Below the pieces are notes generated by a model, which did not search any database, was not told the origin of the DNA, and saw only the letters and a program-made list of their open reading frames with translations. 64,000 bases of DNA from Phoronis australis (taxonomy: Eukaryota; Animalia; Phoronida), in NCBI GenBank assembly GCA_002633005.1, contig NMRA01000019.1, positions 584,343 to 648,342 of the forward strand. Direction: 5' to 3'. Made by a program: the position numbers and the translations under genes. Below, piece by piece: positions 41,513 to 51,300 of the stretch (the first letter of the stretch is position 1; the number at the start of each line of letters is the position of its first letter).

Positions 41513-44500
41513 CTAGTACTTACATACAAAAAAGCCATTGTCGCTCATCATCAGTCTGGTTCTCTGATGTAACTTCAACAGGTGTTTCACATGCTGCAGT
41601 GTACCATTGTTTGGAGCTGGTTCTATTCCCAGTATATGGCACATCAACGGATAGATGTCAACATTGGGGAATATTACATCAGACTTGTACCCTTGACGAA
41701 ACATGGGACCATGTGCAATGAATATATTCAGCATATCCCGATGCCTATTAGTATACCCATGGACACCTTTATCTGTTGAGAAAATGATGTTTAAAAGAGG
41801 TTACAACAGTATATTAAAGAGGTATGGAATGCAAAAGATCATCTAATAATTCTTTTAAACAATTCCTGACGAAAGTACCATCTCGTAACGTCCAATACAG
41901 AGGTATTCACTTTTTCCTGTGAGGAAATTTCCAGAAAAAAATCTCAAATTTCATGATTTTTGAAATACAAAACTCTGTAGAAATTTGAAACTAAAAGAAA
42001 ATGCTTTGATATCAACAGTTCTAAATTAAAAATTTTCACCAACAAACCTTGGCTAAAAATACCTGGTGAGCAGGTTGAATTCTGTTTCAGTAGCAGTGAA
42101 CCACATTCAATATTGCAATTCAGTCTGTTTATTGCTTTCCAGGCTGCTTTAAGGGTTATTTGATGAAAGCAGGCATGACGGGCAACACTTTATTAAAGAA
42201 AAAGCTAAACCTACAAACAATGAAGCAGTGGGATTTTAATCAGAGACACTTTATTGCCATACACACGAAGCAAAGCATTCTTTGCTGTGCGAAGTTTCAC
42301 AGTGTTTTTCAGATCATAAATTCACCATCAAAGACAAAGGAATGCGAAATTTAAGGTGGCAATAAAGTTAAACACATGTTTTGTAAACAAAATTAAATTT
42401 CGATTTAGACCACTTACCACTGTCTCAAACTGTATCTTACTGAGATAAGAAGTGATTTTTGGTCTTGCAAAAGAACCGACTGACAGTTCGCTATTCCTTG
42501 AGACCCCACTCAGCAAAAATATTCTGCCATTGACAAGTCAACTAACTGTTCTCAAAGGAACAGTTCTTTCCAAACACTCAGATCATGCATATTTTGACTA
42601 AAAAACAATTTGAGACCAATTTCATAACAGTAAGTGGTATGAATCAAAAACTGTTTTTGAGACAAAGGCAGATTTCACTGCTTTACAAGGATAACAAACC
42701 CAGTTTGGCTTGTTAACATATACTAAAACCAACTTTCTCATCCAGTTCTCTGAAACAAAATAATGCTCTTTAATCCTCAACAATCCTCAACAACCCTCAA
42801 AAGTTTGAAGGAAAATTTGGAAACTTTCCAAGTCTGCTAAACGGGTAAGCATGACCTATGCTTTCAGTGAATTTTTCATGGCAACTGTGGGAAAAGACCA
42901 TCCACCAAGCACCATAATGTCCAATTTGTGACGTAGCGAGTAATGAGCTTTTCGTTGATTCTTGCCTTCAACTTGGAAGATTGACACCAATGATGCATTA
43001 GCAGGTGGATAGAATGAGGATTGGTGGAAATCATCAAAACAGTTTAGTATCCTTTTAAGAAAAGAGAAGAAAAAACACTTATCATTACTTTTAAAAGAAG
43101 CAAAAGTGTCAACTACTGAACGAGAATGCAAATCTTACGAAAATGGCCTTTTGTGTTGTTCAGATATTCCTTCAGGCTATACACCAACATAACACCAGGA
43201 TCACTTTCAACTTGAATTGGGCCTATGCGTGGATGATCTCGAAAGTGGTATTCCTCTGGCATTGAGCTCTTGTTATATACAGTTAGGTACGGAATCTTCT
43301 TAAGACTATTCATAACTTTATCTTCCATTCCTGAAAACAAGAATGGATAAGAAAGGAATTATTACTTTGATTTGAAAACAAGAATGCATTAGAAAGGAAT
43401 CATAACTTTGATTTGAAAACAAGAATGAATTAGAAAGGAATTATAACTTTGATTTGAAAACAAGAATGGATTAGAAAGGAATTATTACTTTGATTTGAAA
43501 ACAAGAATGAATTAGAAAGGAATTAATATTTTGATTTGAAAAGAAAAATGGATTAGAAAGGAATTATTACTTTGATTTGAAAACAAGAATGGGTTAGAAA
43601 GGAATTATTACTTTGATTTGAAAACAAGAACGGATTAGAAAGGAATTATTACTTTGATTTGAAAACAAGAACGGATTAGAAAGGAATTATAACTTTGATT
43701 TGAAAACAAGAATTGATTAGAAAGGAATTATTACTTTGATTTGAAAACAAGAATGGATTAGAAAGGAATTATTACTTTGATTTGAAAACAAGAATGGATT
43801 AGAAAGGAATTATAACTTTGATTTGAAAACAACAATGGATTAGAAAGGAATTATAACTTTGATTTGAAAACAAGAATGGATTAGAAAGGAATTATTACTT
43901 TGATTTGAAAACAAGAATGGATTAGAAAGGAATTATTACTTTGATTTGAAAAACAAAAATCTAATGGATGAAAGACAAAATGCCATGAAACGAATCAAAA
44001 ACATCTTGTGTATAGCTACAGCAACATTAACACTGGTGCTTAGTTCACAATAGCTACAACAACATAACACTGGTGTTTTGTTCACAACAATGCATCACAA
44101 TCCCTGTTCATGTTAGTTTCGAACAGTGTTTCATAGACCAAAATGTGATACAGTGTTTCATCGACCAAAATGTGATACAGTGTTTCATAGACCAAAATGT
44201 GATACAGTTTACTATTAGATAAGAAGCAGATTGATAAAAGCAACTGTACAATACAAGCAGACAACACTGTCTCCAACGCACATAGCTTTAGCTCACCTCA
44301 CTGTAATTTTACCTGGTTTAGGCCATATCGGACGAACAGGCCACAAGAAGTTTGATTTATACATGTCTCGTGATAAATACTTGTCAAGCTCTACAACTTT
44401 TGTAGCAGGATCAATTGCTGGAGTCATGCCATGATCAGAAGTTATGATAATATTAACTTTTTCAAATAAATGATTTTCTTTCAACTGATCAATAAGCTGT

Positions 44501-45279
44501 CCCAACAAGGTGTCCAATATTCCAACCATAGCAGCAATTTCTTTTGAATCGGGTCCGTACTGGTGACCAGTTGTGTCTGGTTCATCAATGTACACAATTC
44601 CCAAGTTGATATCCTTTTCCACAAACCACCTAACAGCAGTCGTTATCCGTTCCTCAAAAGGTGTCAATTTCTTATCAAACCTCTCGTAAATGCTGGGAAG
44701 GTGTCCCTTGAATTTTGTACCACATCCAGGCCAGAAATAAACTCCAGATTTATGCTTCACCGAGTGCTTCTGATTGGTTACCCAAATAGGTTCTGCTCCA
44801 ACATCCATCCAATTAGGATCAAGCACCTGATCTGACTCGAGGGGTGCTGGCTTCTTGTATCCTTTGAAATGACCTAAATGAGGATCATCCATAATATGGG
44901 CCAGAACACCATGGCTTTCAGAATACAGTCCAGAAATAATTGACATGTGACTAGGAAAGGTTATAGTAATATAACAAGGGCGCACTATGGCTTGTGCACC
45001 AGCATGCAGTAAAAAATCAAAATGGGGAGTTTTTACGCCATAGTTGGATGCAATTTGTAAATAATCCCAGCGGAATCCATCCAGTGACATCAGCAACAGT
45101 TTGCCGCCATCTAGAGGTAATGCTGAAGCTGTCAACATGGAAAATGACACCAACAGCATGGTGTACTGGGTGCGGGTTTGTCTTAAATATAACATTCTAA
45201 TGAACAGTTTGCAGACTGGGCCCGTTTGATTTCCTTCAAGTAGTCTTCTAATTATAGATGTCTTGTCAGTCAAATTCAT
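41513..45279 (-). CDS. Ectonucleotide pyrophosphatase/phosphodiesterase, ENPP4/5-like, up to 472 aa; exons 45279-44313, 43330-43139, 41772-41513 (true start may be a downstream Met before the signal peptide)
   Basis: Motifs SLDGFRWDY, catalytic Thr in TITFPSH..GLYSESHG, EPIWVT, DEPDTTGH.YGPDS, TSDHGM, GVHGY, FIAHGPMF, NVDIYPLMCHILGIEPAPNNG. Two phase-1 GT-AG introns at the positions expected for ENPP4/5. Hydrophobic signal-like MLLVSFSMLTASALP. Confidence 0.93.
43333..43955. repeat. 41-bp minisatellite x15 abutting the ENPP exon-2 splice acceptor
   Basis: Unit GAAAACAAGAATGGATTAGAAAGGAATTATTACTTTGATTT, period 41 from 43333 to 43947, plus a partial copy. Confidence 0.97.
44011..44208. repeat. 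Two small tandem repeats: ~38-bp x2 (44011-44087) and 27-bp x3 (44123-44208)
   Basis: ATAGCTACA(G/A)CAACAT(T)AACACTGGTG..GTTCACA twice; ACAGTGTTTCATAGACCAAAATGTGAT three times. Confidence 0.9.
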
Positions 45280-45449
45280 TTCAACTGATCACTGAGGGTT
45301 GAGCCACGTTGTCTTCCATTTTAATTCATTGGCACTGCGCTCAGTTTGTCTACAGAATTCAAACTTTTAAGAAAATGACACCAACGGATGTATAGCTCAT
45401 TGATCACTTTTACAGTGCAGAACATTTAACCATGCCACACATGCTCCAG

Positions 45450-45800
45450 AAAGATTCAATATGTACTATACGGGACAAATACGGTCTACGACGTCAAGAA
45501 TTCCAAACCGGATGTTGTTTTCAGATCCACTTCCGGGGTTATCACAAGCTGACCTCCTGTCATGAAGAACGACTCGATACTTTTGTGTAGAGTCAATGAC
45601 GAAAGACAGACGAGGTATTTGTCTACCAGCTTGCTAACTGTAGATTGCTGAACGTCAAAACACCAGCTAGCTAACGATGACGATGTCAGCAAGTTGGTAA
45701 ATTTATTTCAGCCAGTGTTTTACTAATGTATAGTTATCGCCAACTATTAAAACAATTCAAGGCACGTCACAACTCACAAGACCTTCATAATCATAGACCG
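45450..45800. promoter_or_regulatory. Putative shared (bidirectional) promoter region of the ENPP and heparanase genes
   Basis: Local CpG-rich island between divergent genes whose bodies are CpG-poor; ETS-type CACTTCCGG near 45527-45535. Confidence 0.45.
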
Positions 45801-46190
45801 GCAGCCCAGAGCACTTAGCATAGATGAACGAGGTACCAACATCTGACCACGGGAACATTTAAAGTCCACCTCAGTATGTACAGAAATGGACGTCTGCCGT
45901 TGTCTGCACTCTGGGTGTGATCCCTGGGGGCCTTACAAAGACCCCAAAAAATGAGCTAGACTAGATATTCGAGGTACCAACCAAAACTGATTTAAAACGA
46001 ACAATAATNCTCGAATATCTAGTCTAGCTCATTTTTTGGGGTCTTTGTAAGGCCCCCAGGGGTCACACCCAGAGTGCAGACAACGGCAGACGTCCATTTC
46101 TGTACATACAGAGGTGGACTTTAAATGCTCCCGTGGTCAGATGTTGGTACCTCGTTCATCTATGCTAAGTGCTCTGGGCTGCCGGTCTAT
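45793..46190. repeat. 181-bp near-perfect inverted repeat around a single-N scaffold join (MITE or assembly artefact)
   Basis: Arms 45793-45973 and 46010-46190 with 3 mismatches seen; N at 46009 immediately precedes the right arm. Confidence 0.9.
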
Positions 46191-46489
46191 CAGGGCTTCA
46201 GGCTCAGCCTTGGTACAAAAAGCTTAAATATTTGACGACAGTCTTCATACAGCTAGCTGGCTGGCTAAAGGGACCTCAGGCTCCGGGCTAAGAAAATAAC
46301 GAAAATGAACCATTTTATGCAGCAAACTGGACATTACATAACTTAGGCAGTTAAGGATGATTTCTCTGATAAAAACTATTTTAATAGCTGCGAGTCACAA
46401 AATCTCCAGGAATGATCTGTTAACTGATTGGAAAGTTAAAACTCTACTGTTGAGTGTTGCATGTAACACAAGAATGAAAGCACTCCGAG

Positions 46490-46819
46490 GAGCGACACTT
46501 GGCGAAATTAGCCGAAAAGATGACGATAAAGATGATAAAGATGATGACGAAGACGACGAATATGACGACGATGGTGGCGATGATGAAAAATACAAGTAAT
46601 AATAACATACACATGACGAACGTAGAGGTCAGAAATCAGTAACAAATAGGATGCAGTCTTGAGCTACACTTGGCGAAATTAACTGAAAAGACAACGATGG
46701 AGATGATGACAAAGATGATAACGAATATGATGATGGTGGGGACGATGATGAACAAACATCATAACATTCATATGACGAACTTAGATGTCATAAATCAGTA
46801 AGAAATAGGCTACAGTCTT
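46490..46819. repeat. Diverged ~165-bp tandem duplication with (GAT/GAC)n core
   Basis: Units start at 46490 and 46661, both GAGC.ACACTTGGCGAAATTA ... AAATCAGTAA.AAATAGG...CAGTCTT. Confidence 0.85.
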
Positions 46820-46844
46820 GTTCAATAGAAGCTAAACCAACATC

Positions 46845-47672
46845 AACACAGTAAGAGCACTCAACAAAGGAACAGCGTTATCATAAAATCTCAAATAATT
46901 CTAAAAGTAGACGTCCTAGCAAAAAATGGAAAACATCTTCTGAAAGCCCGTTCGAAACTCTATAGTATCACGCAATTCTGTAAATTTTTTGAAAAAATGA
47001 AATTGCGTTTTTTAAAAAATTCAAAGTCAAATAACTCAAAAACGGTAAGTCTAAGAACAAATTGTTAAGTTCATTTGAAAGAATGTACATCAAAGAATCC
47101 ACATGCAAAAATTCACGTCATATCCTTCTCCCGTTTAAATGGCATCTCAGCACGACTGAAAATGGGTCAACATGCGCCAGATCCGCTATCTTGAAAGCAA
47201 CTTCCAGTTTTTTGGCTTTGTATTATAGCACGTCATAAGAAACTAATATCTGAAAAAATTCGAAGGAATTGGCCTTATAATGCGCCCTCTACAGGAGAAA
47301 ACGTTTTTTCCCAAAATTGAGGTGCGCATACGCGAGTGCCAATATTTCCGCCATCTTTGAATGGAAGTAAACAATTTCCAATATAAATGTAGTGCACATC
47401 CAGTCCAATAATTGTGCCGATTGTCAGCCCTGTACGTAAAAAATTGTAGCCTCCAGGAGCCTTTGAATCTTAAAATGAAAACAAAATGGCCACCACAGCC
47501 GCCATCTTGGATTCGATTATGACAAAAAACAATAGGCTTCCAGTACTTTAGAAACTACATGTTATGTGTAAATTTCGTGATGATCGGGCGAAAATTGCGA
47601 CCTGCATCGTGCGAAGAAACAAAAGATGGAAGAGCAACATACTTGGCAAAATTTATTTCGCCAAGTAGTAAC
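46845..47672 (+). mobile_element. Probable non-autonomous repeat ending in a short hairpin (Helentron/HINE-like)
   Basis: Terminal stem-loop TACTTGGC-N12-GCCAAGTA at 47640-47667; repeated GCCATCTT / AAAATGGC motifs; no ORF. Family assignment is by resemblance only. Confidence 0.4.
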
Positions 47673-48315
47673 AAGACAATTGGATAAATGTGTGTAGTAT
47701 AATTTATGTTCTACGAAGACTGACCTGAGACAAATAAACTACCTCTGGTTTGCTCCAAAAATGTATGGCAGTGTTGCTCACGATGAATGACTGAGCTTTT
47801 CAAGCCAAGCAACAGTTATATTGTGGCTAGCATATAATGTCTACCCACAATGATGACTCAGTCGTCATGCTCAGTCATGTATCGTACTGGGGCACCACAA
47901 CCCTACACACTGCTGCATTTAGTGGTTTGGAAATCGAAATTGGTTTCCGACACATCATTCTAATGCCATTGGAGTTTCACTGTTCCCCATTGTTAACTGT
48001 AATGGTGATTTTCATCAACAATTTGAAGGGCCGGGTGAGTCTTATAAAATGTTCTTTATACTTGTGTACCCATCTGCTTATTAGGGGTCCTGCTTTTCAG
48101 AAGCTAGGTTTGTCATACAATTAATTCATTTTTACTTTTGCAGAAACGAATAGTTGAATACAGGATGTGGGAATATGATGACAGTGACTTGGAGATGACT
48201 GGCAAGCCACTCCTTCTTGAAGACGAAAATTCTTTTCCATTTTCAATTACAGAAAAATGCAGTGAACAATAATCTTGAAGACGGAGCTGGATTGTTACAT
48301 ATCTGAAGCGCTGAA

Positions 48316-51300
48316 ATGGTTTCCAATAAAGTTGTCCTTGTGAGGGTGTTCCTTCTAATTCTGTTAATTGCTGATTGTGTGCACCATTGTCACACTTCAA
48401 TCAAAGTCAGCCTGGAGTGCAATGATGTTGTTGTGAACACAGTCAGGCCAGAGTTTCTCAGTGTGGCACTGGGGTGTTCTATCATCAGAGAGCGCTCGAA
48501 GAGGTTTAACTTGAGGTAATTTACAGCACACATTATACTGTTTTGTTTGATGGTTGGCTATGGGTAGAATGAAATCTTTCAAAGTACGAAGTCCGTTCAG
48601 AACCACACCTTGATTTTTCTTGGTTGAACTTTCAACTTGAAGGGAAATTTGTTTTAGGGCTCTGGTTATGACATGGGTGATACAAAAGCACTTTGTTTTG
48701 GGTAGATTTTTTTATCAAATTAAGTTCTTAATGTGTAAAGAAAAGGATTGTGTTTTGTTAAGATTTTTTGTCATAAGAACATTGCCTAGATGATACATAC
48801 ATAGGTTTATTTCATGTAACAGGCCTCCGGCCCACATTGCAATATATAACACAAAGAGTGTCCAATAATTTTTCAAGTCTAAATTAATTCATATCAAGGA
48901 GCTCATTTCGGCGTTTCTCCGCATTAATTAAATATCTAGCAACTTTTCTCAGAACATTTAAGTCATGAGTCTGTAGAAAATTTCTGAATACTATATCTTC
49001 CACCTTATTGTACCTGAGTAAAGTAGAGAGATGTAACCCTCTCTGTATTCTGACTTCACAATGTGGAAAATTTACCTTTCAGTATATTTGCAGTTTGAGT
49101 TTCATCGTTGACATTCAGTATACAATGTCTGTGGATGGAAACATTAAGAACAAAAATTGTTAGTCTTACAAGGAATGCATTATCACTACTTTCAGCTCTC
49201 CACGTCTGCTGACTCTTGCCAGGGCACTTTCTCCTGCTTTCTTGCGACTGGGTGGTACTGACTGTGATTTCCTGATCTTTGAGCCAGATGTCTATTCACG
49301 GAAGAATCATACCAGTTTCACCATGACAGGTATGACAAAATACGAGGTCTAATAAGATTATCGTCTAGATGTTGTGTAAATTGCTGGTACTGTATAGTTA
49401 CATACTCGTCTCAACAGAAGCTAGGGCAACTTCACTATTCAAAGAGATGTCGAAAATCAGTTTCATCTTTGCTATTATGTTCATCTGCATGGCCATGAAA
49501 AATAAAACTTCTTGCCACAGACGAGTAGAAAGAAAACATGTCCTGGATACCACAAAATGAAATATAAATTGATGATCAGTTTCAACAACCACTCAATAAC
49601 TACTTGTAAATGTTGATTTAGGGCCTCCAAGTTGCTAAACTTTTTCATGCTCAGAGAAATTTTTTTCTGAAAAATGAAGAGTGGTTGGTAAAAAAGATTT
49701 GACCAAAACTCGTGAACTTTAGCAGTTTTAAATTTGCGTATAACATTTTGCCAGGCAATGACTTAGATGCTTGAAACACTGCCTCTCAGGGCAAACATTA
49801 AATTCCTGACTAATAAAAAGGCATGTAATTTTAATTTTGTCAACCATTCTGGTTTATAACGTGAGGAGATTAGCTCCAAACTTCCTGTTTATACTCTCTT
49901 GAATTTAAGTGTTTTCACATTTTTTATACTTGTGTACTTAAAAATGTTTGTGATATTAATTTCTAAGTCTATTTATATAATGTCAGCCAGCAGTTATAGT
50001 AGCTTAGAATTATGTCCTGTATGTAGTACAAGTGCCCTATGTTCTACTCCCTGCAGGAGATGACTGGAACTCTTTTAACAAGTTCAGCCGAACAGCGGGA
50101 TTCAAGCTTCTCTTTGATGTCAATGTATTACTACGCAACAGAAAGAAAGCCTGGGACTACACAAATGCTAAAGAACTACTGGACTTCAACAGCAAACTGG
50201 GCTTTCCTGTAGACTTTGAACTGGGCAATGGTAAAAATATAGCTTTAGTTAAGACAGCTGTCCAAAAGCATTTGGCTTCATTTATTATTTACTGCCTCTT
50301 GGTTCTCAATACATATTCTCATTTACCTTATTCAGGTCACTTGTAATTAATATTCTGTTAATAGGTGGCCGCCCACAGTTGGGCAGTCAGCTTATTGAAT
50401 TTGTCAGAATTTTCATCCAATGGGTACTGATCGGAAGAGCACCTTGCAGTTTCCAAGGAATAATTGAAAAGCAATTGTGACTCACGGATTACCCTTAAAA
50501 TTTCAGAATGTGAAGGAGATTTTATGTCATGAAGCTCAATTGTTTTTTGGTGAAATCAGCATGTAACGGGCTTTGAATAAATATTTTCTGAAATGCTTTC
50601 ATGGGAAATCTTATACTTGATGTCAATTTCTCCCTCACTTTGGTGCAACTAATAAACAAGGATGATTACTATTTTCCAAATAAGGGTATATCATTCATTT
50701 TTGTGTGATGTGAATAATAACTAGCAGCAATGAGATTTTTCGCCAGTTCTGGGGGTGAATATAATGTGGTTAATTGATCACGTTTGGACCCTTGTGACTT
50801 CACCAACAGAGGGTAAAAAGTTATACTTTGGTACCTTAATGGTTCATGTATTGTAAGTTGCAAAGAGTAAACAGTGGTAGAAATCCCAGAACTTGAGGTC
50901 ATATTTGGGGAATTGAGCAACTAAAATTTGAAGGACTGGTGCATTTGCCATGAGTCCAATTACCCAGAAGTCACCATAAACAATCAGGTGGCATTTGCAG
51001 AGCTGCTGTTCAAGAAACTGTACGCTGCATGGAATCTTTTAGGTTCAAGCAACAAATTGGTGAGCCCTGATGAACAGCTTCAAGTGGAGTGATAATTAAA
51101 TTAAGATACATGTATCTTGTTATTTTTATGATGACCATTTTATTTAGACAGACATAGTTTTAACCCGTGCGAGAGTAGCATTATTTTTATTCTTTAGAAA
51201 GGATCCGAAGTTATTTTTTTAAAAAATTGAAACTTATACCATGCAACATATACATAATAACATAAATTTGTGATGAGACTTCCTATGTTTTCAAACTACC

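Noticed and set aside
43333-43955. CRISPR array
   Set aside because: Contiguous 41-bp units with no unique spacers and no cas genes; it is an intronic minisatellite.
46357-46599. Acidic 80-aa ORF
   Set aside because: Low-complexity GAT/GAC tract inside a tandem duplication.
51060-51100. CTGATGA hammerhead or snoRNA-like motif
   Set aside because: No downstream GAAA core or partner box with terminal stem.
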